Assembly (NCBI GenBank): GCA_963788655.1
Contig: CAWBHS010000111.1
Coordinates: 1 to 33,223, forward strand
Length of the DNA: 33,223 bases
Source of the DNA: an uncultured Verrucomicrobiae bacterium
GTDB lineage: Bacteria; Verrucomicrobiota; Verrucomicrobiia; Limisphaerales; JAFGQR01
Direction: 5' to 3'
This document shows positions 1 to 10,268 of this stretch, one piece after another. The notes under the pieces were generated by a model that saw only the letters and a program-made list of their open reading frames with translations, ran no database searches and was not told the DNA's origin. The stretch's first letter is position 1. Every line of letters starts with the position of its first letter. The position numbers were made by a program, and so were the translations under genes.

Positions 1-2
1 GC

Positions 3-239
3 GTCGATGGCGGCAGAGCCACGGCAACGATCCAAAACAGCACGGTGAGCAACAACTCCGGACAGTCTGAACACGTTCCAGGCAGTGGTGTTTACAACTA
101 CTCAATCGACCAGGAGAATCCATATTGGAAAGGCACTGCAAAGCTGACCGTTCAGAACAGCACTGTGAGCGGGAATGGCCCATATGGATCGGTGTTACTC
201 GACGCGAACTCAATATGGATCGAGGTTGTCTGCCATTGA
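3..239 (+). CDS. 3' part of a right-handed beta-helix repeat (secreted/outer-membrane-type) protein, running in from the window edge and probably truncated
   Basis: Frame is open from base 3: VDGGRATATIQNSTVSNNSG...GVYN...KLTVQNSTVSGN, with two copies of the xxNSTVSxN beta-helix repeat. Confidence 0.55.
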   Translation, partial: VDGGRATATIQNSTVSNNSGQSEHVPGSGVYNYSIDQENPYWKGTAKLTVQNSTVSGNGPYGSVLLDANSIWIEVVCH

Positions 240-600
240 GCCGCTCTCCCTTGTGGCACGTGGTCATAATTTTGTCTCGTATAGCGGATTGTCCTCGGGA
301 CTTCCGATGCGACCAATCGGTCCAGGCGATGCGCCACGGCGGGTTTAGGAACGCAAGTAAGTAATAAGCGGCACCGCCTGAAAAATGAAAATTTGGTTAG
401 CAGCTCACCCTCACAATCCCCCGTGCCGCGTCTGCCGGGGGTCACCACGCCTTTGTAAACGGAAAACCAAGTAAAGTGTCTCAAGTAGGCGACGACCTCC
501 TATAGGTCAAAGGCGGGCGATCGTTAAGCGCAAAATATGTATGAGTTATCGCAAATATTACGTGCATTGCTTGGCCCGTACTGTAGCCTCATCGGCACCC

Positions 601-1866
601 ATGATAACACCACTTACACCACTCGTTCGCGACGCTTTCCTCGATCCGGCACTAAGCCTTCTGCCCGACCTCGATAACTACCGCGACGGGCTGGAGTACT
701 CTGATACCGAGTTCATTACTCTGGGGGTCCGCCGCATCAATACCTTCCATCCTTCCGGACGCGCCTTTCTCCAGTCCGTTCGTCAGTGCGATCTGACCGA
801 CGTTTCCCTGCGCGCCTATTTCGGAGCGGCCAGCAGCCCGCGCCGCCTGGCGTTGCTCCACGAACTCAACCCCACGCTCTCTCGGAGGATCAGCGCGGTG
901 ACTGATCGCTTTGGGGATTTTCCGGAACTCGCCGGCTGGGATATCCTGGCCTTGGACGGACACGATATTCAACATGCCACCCACGAACCCAAAGCCACCA
1001 TGACGAGCGGGCGGCGGGAGGTGCCAGACACCGTCACTGGGCTCTTCCTGCGCGATCTACGGACCGGCGCCGCACGAGTGCTGGCGCAGACCGATGGCCA
1101 TCAACACGAATGGGCGGCGGTCAAAGCCCGCCCGTGGAGTGACTTTCATTGGCATCCCGAGGCCACGCACACCCTCCTGACGATCGATCCGGTGGCCGTG
1201 GACTTTGAGTTCCTGCGGGGCGCGAAATTCAAGGGCGGTTTCACGGTGATTACGCGCATGAAGGCCAATCTGGTGGTGCGGGAAGCCAGGCCATTAACGT
1301 GGAACAAGAAAGATCCCCGCAACCAGGGCGTGCTCTCCGACGAGCGGGTGCGGTTGGGAGAACCGGGTGAGTTTCGCCGCGTTCGCTACCAGGATCCGGA
1401 GACCGGCGAGATCCATGAGTTCTTGACCACGGAATTCCATTTGGCCCCCGGGGTCATCGCCCAACTCTACCGGCTGCGGTGGGACATAGAGAAGTTCTTC
1501 GATGTCTGGGAGAACCTGCTAGCCGAGAAACGGGCGTGGGGGTCCGGGCCAGTGCCCGCACAGGTGCAGAACGAGTTTCTGGTCCTTGTTCACAATCTAC
1601 TGCTCCTCTTGAGTGGCCGGTTGGAAGCCGAAGAGGGAATTCGGGACGCAAAGGTGGAGGGGAAGTATGAGGCCGCACTCAAGAGGCGAAGCACGGTCGC
1701 GCGGCAGAAGGGCAAAGCGGTGTCTCGCTGGGTCCGGTTGTTACGGCGGATTACCCGCTGGAGCAGTCAGTTCACGCGGTGGTTGCAAGACGCGATGGTT
1801 CACGGGTGGGAGTGGAACCTGGCCATTGCTAAGCTCAGGCCACTTATGCTTGCCTATCTCCGCTGA
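601..1866 (+). CDS. IS4-family DDE transposase (alternative start 541)
   Basis: LALDGH (D1), IDPVAVD (D2) and YRLRWDIEKFF (IS4 YREK-type motif); uninterrupted ORF. Confidence 0.85.
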   Translation: MITPLTPLVRDAFLDPALSLLPDLDNYRDGLEYSDTEFITLGVRRINTFHPSGRAFLQSVRQCDLTDVSLRAYFGAASSPRRLALLHELNPTLSRRISAVTDRFGDFPELAGWDILALDGHDIQHATHEPKATMTSGRREVPDTVTGLFLRDLRTGAARVLAQTDGHQHEWAAVKARPWSDFHWHPEATHTLLTIDPVAVDFEFLRGAKFKGGFTVITRMKANLVVREARPLTWNKKDPRNQGVLSDERVRLGEPGEFRRVRYQDPETGEIHEFLTTEFHLAPGVIAQLYRLRWDIEKFFDVWENLLAEKRAWGSGPVPAQVQNEFLVLVHNLLLLLSGRLEAEEGIRDAKVEGKYEAALKRRSTVARQKGKAVSRWVRLLRRITRWSSQFTRWLQDAMVHGWEWNLAIAKLRPLMLAYLR

Positions 1867-1931
1867 TGCACCGTGACGCGATCGGAAGACGCCCGAAGAA
1901 TCCCCTTATGCGAAAACTCACCGACCATTCT

Positions 1932-3249
1932 CCCCGCTACGCGGGCGCCTTCTGCTTTGGCCGCACACGCCGGTGGAAGGATCTGGAAGGCAAATGTCAC
2001 ACTCAGGAACTGCCTCCAGACCAGTGGCGCTTTCTCAAACAGAACGCCCATGCCGGCTATGTCAGTTGGGACCAGTTCCTGACCAATCAAAAACGGCTGT
2101 TACAAAACAGTCAGGCCCATGGCGGAGAACGCAAAGCGGGTCTACCGCGCGAAGGGCCGGCTCTCCTCCAGGGACTGGTTGTCTGCGGCAAGTGCGGCAG
2201 TTCGATGACCCTTTGCTACCATCATCGCGGCGGACGATTGACCCCGGATTATCTCTGTCAACAGAACTGTGTTCAACGTGCCGAGGTCACCTGCCAGCGA
2301 ATCCCCGGCGGCGGGATTGACGAAGCCGTCGGACAGTTGCTGGTTCGAGAGCGTAACGCCGCTGAGTCTGGAAATCGCGTTGAATGTGCAGGACGAAATC
2401 CAAACGCGTTTGGCCGAAGCGGATCGGCTCCGGCAGCAACAGGTGCAACGGGCGCAATACGAAGCGGACCGGGCGCGGGCGCGCTACCTGCGAGTCGATC
2501 CCAACAATCGTCTGGTCGCCGACACGCTGGAAGCGCAGTGGAACGAGAAGCTGCGTTGGTTGGCTCAAGCGAAAGAGGACTGCGAAAAACAGCAACGCAT
2601 AGACTCAGCACAACTCACCGAAGAACAAAGGGCTAAAATCCTTGCCTTGGCCACGGACTTCCCGAAACTGTGGCAAGCGCCCACGACGTCGGACCACGAT
2701 CGCAAACGGATGGCGCGTTTGCTATTGGAGGACGTCACCCTGCGACGTGAACAGGAAATCAGCGTTCAACTGCGCTTCAAAGGCGGCGCAACGCACCAAC
2801 TCCGATTGCCGTTGCCAAAGTCAGCGTGGGCTTTGCGCAAAACTAAACCGGAGATCATCGCTGAAATCGACCGACTCCTTGACGACCACACGGAGGACGA
2901 AGTCGCTCATCTCCTCAACCAACGAGGCTGGCACTCCAGTGCCGGCAATCCCTTTACTCGCCGAATGGTTCACGTCTTGCGGCATTGCTATCGGTTGAAG
3001 ACTCGTTTTGCGCGGCTCCAAGCGCAGGGGTTATTGACGCAAAGGCAGATTGGACCGATGATCGGCTCAGTCGCCAGCCGCGTGAACTACTGGCGTCAGG
3101 TTGGCGTGCTCAAAGCAGTCAAGTTTGGCGGCGAGAACAAATACCTTTACTACAAACCGACTGAAGCCGACATGGATCAAATCCGCCAACGCCGGCAGAA
3201 ACGCGGTGTGAAACCCAAAGTGCTCGACCATCACTATGAAGCGCAGTAA
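1932..3249 (+). pseudogene. Large serine recombinase lacking the N-terminal catalytic domain; frameshift near 2345
   Basis: PRYAGAFCFGRT and HAGYVSWDQF (recombinase domain), LLQGLVVCGKCG...YLC (zinc ribbon), then coiled coil and RKRMARLLLEDV; 5' part replaced by the IS4 end. Confidence 0.85.
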
Positions 3250-3860
3250 GAAACCTTCGCGTTGTGGCGCGGCATCGCCGGCTTCGTCGGCAAGATCACG
3301 GTGCCGTAATGTTCACAGAACGACACCACCTTGGGATTGAGTTCGGGCTCGAACCAATCGACCTTCTTGACGGCCGCCCGCAGGTTGTCGATGACCAGCG
3401 TTCGCACCACCCCGCCAAAGTGCCGCAGCGCATTTTCCAGCCCGCGGACGAAGTTCTCGGTCGTCTGTCGCCAGAAGACCTCGGTGTATCCCTTGCGCGA
3501 GTGACTCAAGACCACCCGTAAGACATGGGGACGGCGCCGCCGCCCCTCCTCGACCACCCAAGCCCCCTGGCCAAAATCGACCTGGGCCTCTTGTCCCGGC
3601 TCACTCTCCATCCGTCGGAACGGCAAGGGATGGGGCTGTTCCAACTGCCGCACAAAGCGTTTCACCGAATCGTAGCCGCCGGTAAACTGCTGTTCGCTCA
3701 CCAAGTCCTGATGAATCCGCTGAGCCGACAAGCCACGGTCCAAACCGGCTTGCATGAAGCTCGCAAAAGGCTCGCAGTGGCTGACTCGGCCAGGCCGGGA
3801 CCCGGCGGGCGAAAGGGTTAGGTTTGACGGCTCGGCTGCAGGCTGGCTGAGCGCCGCCGT
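3250..3860 (-). pseudogene. istA: Internal fragment of IS21-family transposase IstA
   Basis: GLSAQRIHQDL, YDSVKRFVR, EPGQEAQVDFG, LSHSRKGY, LVIDNLRAAV, PAMPRH; the N-terminus and everything from the catalytic KGKVE onward are missing. Confidence 0.88.
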
Positions 3861-4828
3861 CAACACCACCGCCGCGCGTCCGTGCTGCTTGAGGATGGTG
3901 AAGATGTGCTGGAGGAAATTGAGCTGCTTGTTGCTCGTGCTCGCCCAAAAATCGTCGCGGTTGATGATGAGCGATTCCTTGGACGACTCGCCCGCCTCGT
4001 TGACGATGGTCACACTACTCTTCTTGCCGAACGGCGGATTGGCCAGGACAATCTCGTATTCGCCGTGTTTCCCGGCCAGCGCATCCTTCGTCACTACAGG
4101 TAAGCCGCCGTCGCCCAATGGGAGGTCGGACTCCGACCCGATGCCGTGCAAAAGCAGATTCATCGCGCAGAGCCGGGTAACGCCATCCACCAGCTCGATG
4201 CCGAACAATGTTCCATTCCGGAGCTTCTTCTTCTGCGCGCGATCAAGCTGGTAATGCCTGGCAATGTAATCATGCGCCGCGAGCAGAAACCCGCCAGTCC
4301 CGCAAGCGGGGTCACAAATCATATTGCCAGGTGCAGGTTGCACCACATCCACCATCGCGGCGATGAGCGGGCGCGGCGTGAAATATTGGCCCGCGCCGCC
4401 TTTCACGTCCTCGGCGTTCTTTTGCAGCAACCCTTCGTAAGCGTCGCCCTTCACGTCGGCGGACAGGCTGGACCACTGCTCCTTGTCAATCAGGTCCAAG
4501 ATGAGCCGGCGCAGCTTGGCTGGGTCTTGGATTTTGTTCTGCGCCTTGCGGAAAATGACACCGAGCATGCCCGCCCGCTTGCCGAGTTCCTCCAACGTGT
4601 GCCGGTAAAGAATTTCCAGATCATCGCCATCCGCGCCCAGCAACGCCCGCCAATCCTTGCCCTTGGGAATGGGCGACGGCTTGTTGAACGGCGGACGCGA
4701 CTGTTCATCCGCCATTTTCAAGAACAGCAGAAACGTGAGTTGTTCAACGTAGTCGCCGTAGGACAGGCCGTCATCCCGCAGGATGTTGCAGTAGTTCCAA
4801 AGCTTTTGGACGAGGGCGGTGGGGGTGC
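3861..4828 (-). pseudogene. hsdM: Type I R-M methyltransferase hsdM, copy A; start codon at 6979 is separated by ISAs1 and the 3' third is lost
   Basis: LVQKLWNYCNILRDDG, GQYFTPR, motif I DPACGTGGFL, motif IV NPPF; homology to the full copy stops at GRAAVVL. Confidence 0.92.
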
Positions 4829-6965
4829 CAGGGCCAATGCGACGTTCTGAGCCAAGCTGCTGAGGATTAGGTGGTCAGCACTTTTTGCGGGACAAGCGCC
4901 CTTAAACTTTTTAGGGTTGGGCGCATGAGCAAGTATCCATTGCCCGCACCCGACGAACAGACTTTGCTGGACCAGCTTCAGGTCAGGCTGGTAGAGCCGC
5001 TCGAGCTGCCTCGGTTTCATAGTCTGCTCCGTCGCTTCCATTATCTCGGAAGTCTCAAAGCCGTGGGTGAACGGCTTTACTATGTGGCCACTGACGGCGA
5101 AGGTGACTGGCTTGGGTTACTGGTTTTCAACGGTGCCGCCAAGCACTTGAAGCTCCGCGAGAAGTGGATCGGCTGGACGAGTGAGCAGGCGCGGCGACGG
5201 CTGAGCTTGGTCGTCAACAACAGTCGCTTCTTACTGTTGCCGCATAAGAACGTCCCCAATCTGGGCTCCAAGGCGTTGCGGTTGGTTTTGGAGCGGCTTG
5301 GCAATGATTGGCAGGCCCGCTACGGCCATCGGGTGTTGGTGGTCGAAACGTTTGTCGATCCCGATCAGTTTTGCGGCACGGTTTACACGGCCAACGGTTG
5401 GGAAGAACTCGGTCAGACCGATGGGTGGGGACGCCAACGCCGCGACTACTACGTCAAACATGACCAGCCCAAGCGGTTGTTCGTGCGGGAACTGTGCCGC
5501 AACGCCCGCCGGAGTCTGCAAGCCGAGCATCTCAAAGCCGATCTGGCCATGGTCGAAGCCAAAGTGCCGAGGCGCTGCCCCATGCGGTTTAAAGAAATTG
5601 AGTCCATCGCCCAACAATTCAAGCACGTGCCCGAATATCGTTCTCGCTATGGCTCCTACCCGCTGTGGTCGCTGTTGACCATCGTCTTGCTGGCGGTGCT
5701 GTGCGAGGCGCCCCGAGGCCAAAAGGACCGGGAGAAATTTGCGCGCGGTTTCAGCCAGGGGCAACGCCGAGCTTTGGGAATTCGCCGCAACCCGCAGGGC
5801 AAATACCCGGCGCCCCATCAGTCGACTTTTTGCCGATTTTTTCAGCACGTCGATGGCCGCAAAGTCGAGGAAGCCATCCTGGCCATCCAGGCGCAAGTGC
5901 GAGGCAAGCCGCCCACCGAAGACCTGATCGTCTTGGATGGCAAGGAGCCCAAGCATGGCGGAGGTCAGGCGGTGCTCAGTGCGGTCACCGTCCCCAGCCA
6001 GTTTTACCTGGGCAGCGCCATCGTGGAAAAAGACAAAACCAACGAGATCCCGGTGGCTCGCCAACTCTTTGAGCGCTTGGATTTGGCAGGGCGCTTGGTT
6101 TCGCTCGATGCCCTGCACACCCAGAAGGAAACCGGGCGCGAACTGGTGATCGAGCATGGAGCCGATTATCTGCTCACGGTGAAGGACAATCAGGCCACCG
6201 TCCACCGAAACATCGAGCAACTGATCCCGGCCCCCCAGGCCGATTTTCCCCCCTCGGGAGCCCACGCCGACCCAAGCGCGCACCCAGGAAATCAACAAAG
6301 GCCGTCCTGAGAGCCGGTCCCTCCGCACGGCGGTGCTGAGCGCCGAGCAAATCGGCTTTCCCTTGGCCGAACAAGGGGCGCTGCTTTTACGCCAAGTTAA
6401 AGGGCGCAAAGACGAACTGGTTTCCTTGGTGACCAGCGCGGAGCCGGAGAAACTGCCCGCGCAAAAATGGCTGCGCTACAACCGATTTGCCTGGGGGATT
6501 GAAAACGGCACCCATCAACGTTTGGATGTCTCTCATAACGACGATCGATGCCGGATCCGCAACTCCAACGGAATCTGGGTCATGGGGATGTTCCGGCGCC
6601 TGGGCAACAGCCTCTTTATGGAATGGCGATCCCGTCAGCCTAAGCCCGAACACGAAACCACGACCGATTTCCAGATGCTGATGGCTGAAGAGCATCGGCG
6701 CCGAGCCGGGCGCACCGTCTTGTCCAAACGGCCCGGGTTTGCTTGAGGTGGAGCCCACGGGTGAGGCCGCCCCTCGAAGTTCTCAGCGAACTTCGCGGCG
6801 GAGCTTTGCCGCCCAATCCCTTAAATCCGCCGGTGGAACGGCATCTTGGCCTCCAACGGTGCTTCCTCGCGACGTTGGCCGCTGCAGGGACCACTAAGCC
6901 AAGGCCCATGCCGATCGTCTCCCCGCGACCTTGGCGAGCCCAGAACGCTTCGTGCATTGCCCCTG
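4829..6965 (+). mobile_element. ISAs1-family insertion sequence inserted in the first codons of hsdM copy A
   Basis: Terminal IRs CAGGGCCAATGC (4829) and GCATTGCCCCTG (ends 6965); 10-bp flanking direct repeat GTGGGGGTGC (4819-4828) / GTGGGGTTGC (6966-6975). Confidence 0.93.
4925..6746 (+). CDS. DUF4338 (DruA-like) domain fused to an ISAs1-family transposase; frame change at 6244-6253
   Basis: N-terminus HYLG, NNSRFLLLP, VETFVDP, YTANGW (DUF4338); C-terminus LDGK, KTNEIPVA, DALHTQ, DYLLTVKDNQ, then EINKGRPESR and WGIENGTHQRLDVSHNDD in the next frame. Confidence 0.88.
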
Positions 6966-7029
6966 GTGGGGTTGCTCATGAATGAAAATTCCAGTTGTCG
7001 GCGGGCTCAATTTCTGCTTTATTAACTGC

Positions 7030-7070
7030 GGAGGCTTTGTGGGGCGTAAGTTCTGCATTGCCTTTTTTAT
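7030..7070 (+). ncRNA. Candidate DUF3800-associated small RNA (hairpin plus U-tract), convergent with the DUF3800 gene
   Basis: AGGC-TT-TGTGGGGC-GTAA-GTTCTGCA-TT-GCCT-TTTTT: GNRA tetraloop and four G-U pairs that only form on the + strand; possible promoter TTGTCG-17-TTTATT at 6995-7023. Confidence 0.6.
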
Positions 7071-7974
7071 TTTCCCTCATCCGCTTCCCGCTCCTTTTTG
7101 GGACGAAGATCATCCATATAAAAGACACCATAGACCGGCCATTCCTTCCCATCGCTTTCATCAAAGCGCTTCCCGACATAACGCATGTCAAACGCCGCCT
7201 TCGCCAACGGCTCAATTTCTTGTCGCGTGGCCTCGGTCATCTTGTTCAACCGCGTGCCCCAGTTAAAACAATACGCCGCGATGTCAGCCAGTTGCACCGC
7301 CGTGGTGAGGTCGCTGTGGACGAAGAACGGCTCTGGCACAATTCTGGAACTCCGCTGATAACCCTTTTCCGTTTCCAAGAAATACCGCTCCATCTGGTGG
7401 ATTAGGATTCGGCTTTTGGCTTTCTCCAGTTCATCAAACACCACCAAGCCCATTTCCGTCGGCGAGCGGTCTTCCAAATAGTAATAAAATCGCTGGAAGA
7501 GAAAGGCGTAATCCCGGCGCAGCATATTGGGATCGCCCGGCTGCGAAGCTTCCGTGCTCACCAGCGCCGCGAAAGTTTTCACGCGATGACTGGCGCAAAG
7601 ATCGAGCACACGCCCGACAAACGCCCGCGCCGCCTGACCATAAGCCGTGAACTCATCCCGAATGCGCGCCTCCGCTGCACCACCTTGGGATTCACGCCAG
7701 CCCTTCATTAAAAAGTCCCGCGCCAAATCCCGCCGCCGGTTTGGTTCAATTGCCGGACCTTGCCGGGCGTGCTTGAAAGTTTTGTTTTTCAGGAGTTTGT
7801 TGCCCTTGAACTCCACGCCGACTTTCGCCAGATGAACTCCAAAAAACTCAATCTCCGCCGCGCGGATAGCCTGAATCAAATTCCATAAATCCGCTTCCGC
7901 CACCGCCACTGCTGCCAGAACTTCATAAGGCCATCGCCGTGGTCGTGGCCGCTTTCATCAATGAAGAAGAGCAT
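7067..7974 (-). CDS. DUF3800 domain protein (RNase H-like fold); one indel near the 5' end
   Basis: MLFFIDESG start, VVFDE, and FVHSDLTTAVQLADIAAY: the DES...QLAD signature of DUF3800. Confidence 0.85.
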
Positions 7975-7986
7975 GGGAAAGTTTTA

Positions 7987-8097
7987 TCAGAGTTGGCCTG
8001 AAAACGCACGCTGAAGGATGGACTGGCGGAGGCTGCTGGCGCGCTGGAGGTTGGCGGACACCACCGACTCCAACTCCTCCACCACGCTCAACCGCCG
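7987..8097 (-). repeat. hsdS: Duplicated hsdS 3' end (conserved terminal helix)
   Basis: RRLSVVEELESVVSANLQRASSLRQSILQRAFSGQL* versus RRLSVVEELESVVTANLQRATRLRQSILQKAFTGEL* at 17691-17801. Confidence 0.92.
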
Positions 8098-8109
8098 CTT
8101 GTCTGCAAC

Positions 8110-8304
8110 CAGCAACGCCGGCCAATCCTTGCCCTTGGGAATGGGCGACGGCTTGTTGAACGGCGGACGCGACTGCTCATCCGCCATTTTCAAGAACAGC
8201 AGAAAGGTCAACTGCTCCACATAATCGCCGTAGGACAAACCGTCATCACGAAGGATGTTGCAGTAGTTCCAGAGTTTTTGGACGAGGGCGGTGGGTGTGC
8301 TCAT
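8110..8304 (-). repeat. hsdM: Truncated hsdM 5' end, copy D (65 codons), fused in frame to the hsdS 3' fragment
   Basis: MSTPTALVQKLWNYCNILRDDG...KGKDWPALL, then VADK, then hsdS sequence. Confidence 0.92.
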
Positions 8305-8841
8305 TTTGTAGATTTTGATTTCCGTTTGCGAGAAACGTGTGACTTTCGCTTCGTGTTCTTCGTTTCGCGCATATAAACCTTCTTGAGACCAAGAAACATG
8401 TGGTATTGGCTTTTTCCCGTTCTGATAATTGGTCCACGCAAATCCAAACTCACGCGATTCTCTTTCTGTCACTTCGTGTTCTTCAGATAGAGGCGCAACA
8501 CCTTTTCCTCTTAGTGTTTTTAATGCGGCATTGACCGACATTTTGACTGCATCCCATGCAAAACCTTGAACAATTCCCTCCCACATCACTAAACCCAATG
8601 CAACAAGCCAGGGGTCTGGAGGAACGAGTGAATATTCTATACGTTTCCCTTGGCGCTTATCCGCCGCCTCCATCGCAGGGTAAAGAACGTGTTCGTAAAT
8701 TAGTGAAGAAACACGAATGCGCGCATTAAATGGATTTTCCTTAAAGTGCGGGTTGGTCACATGGATGTTTACTCCGTCGCGTTGCGGAGCATCGGTTACA
8801 TTCACCTCGAATGTTTTTGGGTTAAATTGGATATATTTCAT
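8301..8841 (-). CDS. Hypothetical protein, AT-richer cargo gene
   Basis: ORF from 8841; removing one C near 8409 gives ...QYHMFLGLKKVY...KSTK*, whose TGA overlaps the hsdM ATG (ATGA) as at other junctions. Confidence 0.6.
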
Positions 8842-8857
8842 TTTGGGATGAGATTGC

Positions 8858-9338
8858 TCACGATGCGGGCGTTGAGTTTTTCCGGAAAAGTTCTTCGATC
8901 TTGATGTGGGCGAAATAAAGCGTGGCCGAAACTGTTATCGCCCCCACAACCGATGTAAGCAAAAACGCCGATTGGTAAGGCTCAGGCGCTTTCCAATCGA
9001 AAAAAAAGGCAGGACACTCCTGCGACCGTGAATATGGCCGCATATGCCAGCCCAATAATGCAGCCGAGCTTGAAGTCAAAGTAGAGTTCCCAACTTTGCA
9101 GTGCGTTGCGTTTGTCAGCCTCTGGCATCAGGATGTTTTTAACTACGGTTGTGTCGTAAACAACCAGTCCGACGGGCAAAAGCCCGAAATACTTTAAAAG
9201 CTCTGCTTGGCTGCCGACGCGTTCGCTGAGCCACCCAAGTCCTGATGGAAAGAAAAGCCACGCAGCTGCCCCCGCTACGCAAACGAAAAACTCAAGCGAC
9301 ACCAAGACGTATCGCAAAATTGATAGCAGGGTTTTCAT
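8858..9338 (-). CDS. Hypothetical membrane protein with about 4 TM segments; indel in the A8 run at 9000-9007
   Basis: Four hydrophobic stretches across two joined frames; start coupled (TGATG) to the upstream gene. Confidence 0.7.
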
Positions 9339-10231
9339 CAATGCTGCATGTCCCGTTCTTCTGAAATCCCTTCAAAGAATTTCGCCGCAGCTTTGGCGAG
9401 TTCGGATGGTTCGGGCTCTTTTGCGAATAGGAAGCTTTTGTGTGTGTCGGAAGTCCGAATCACGACCTCCTCGCCTCCTTGCTCTCCGATTATCTTGCCG
9501 TGACCATACCCGTCTGCAGCCATGAGCATTGCGGCGTCGGTTATGTCGACAGGAGAATCTGTTTGAGAAGCCGCCTGCGAATGCTCCAAAAGGTTTTGCA
9601 TTATCGTCAGGAGCTGAGTGTTAATGCCACCGCCATCCGTTTTCTTCTCCCGAATAGCGACCTCCTCCGCATTTCTGCGAACGATATAGTCTTTGAGCTT
9701 CGCCCAGCGGTCTCCAAAAAGTGGATTCGGAGGATGAACCTTTGCGCTCATCTCCGTGATCCGTTCCAAACTGTGGAGTTTTTCAACAAATTCGCGGTAG
9801 TCGGCAACTGGTTCGACAGAACACTCCACAAAGAAGTTTTCGTATGCCGCTTGGATGAGCGAGCAAAACCGCTTTGGGAAGAGGTCTTCCTGAATCCCGT
9901 TCCAAACATGCATAAAGGCGATGCCGGAGAAATTAGGCAAATAGACGAATGGTGAGCTGGCAACCAGAAGGTTTGGCGCTAGCGCTTCACGCTGGGCTTT
10001 ATTTGCGGGATCAACAACAGTGACGTGCCCCTCGCTGGAATACTTTGCAAGTTTGCCAAAGACGAACTTCGGAATGCTCTGTTGGCCATCCACTGCATCG
10101 GTGATTGCCCAATCAAATTTACCGATTCGCAGGACAGGTGCATTCAAGGCTGCGGCAATCAGCTTGTCTTGCGTCAACCCGCCCATCTTAATGACGCGAG
10201 ACATGTAGTATCGTCCTTTTTGTTTCTTCAT
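9338..10231 (-). CDS. Hypothetical protein, tentatively DUF4747-like
   Basis: Intact 297-aa ORF, AT-richer than hsd genes, with KVHPPNP and AADGYG motifs; family call from recollection only. Confidence 0.6.
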   Translation of the reverse strand: MKKQKGRYYMSRVIKMGGLTQDKLIAAALNAPVLRIGKFDWAITDAVDGQQSIPKFVFGKLAKYSSEGHVTVVDPANKAQREALAPNLLVASSPFVYLPNFSGIAFMHVWNGIQEDLFPKRFCSLIQAAYENFFVECSVEPVADYREFVEKLHSLERITEMSAKVHPPNPLFGDRWAKLKDYIVRRNAEEVAIREKKTDGGGINTQLLTIMQNLLEHSQAASQTDSPVDITDAAMLMAADGYGHGKIIGEQGGEEVVIRTSDTHKSFLFAKEPEPSELAKAAAKFFEGISEERDMQH

Positions 10232-10268
10232 AAATCGTGGCTGGTCATGGGTGAATCGCCATTATGGC

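Noticed and set aside
257..1931. Terminal inverted repeats for the IS4 element (261-315 or 542-553 versus 1872-1928)
   Set aside because: Similarity is too degenerate and ambiguous to fix coordinates
7987..8841. A genuine 284-aa hypothetical-HsdM-HsdS triple fusion
   Set aside because: One extra base near 8409 explains the read-through; correcting it restores the ATGA coupling seen at other junctions
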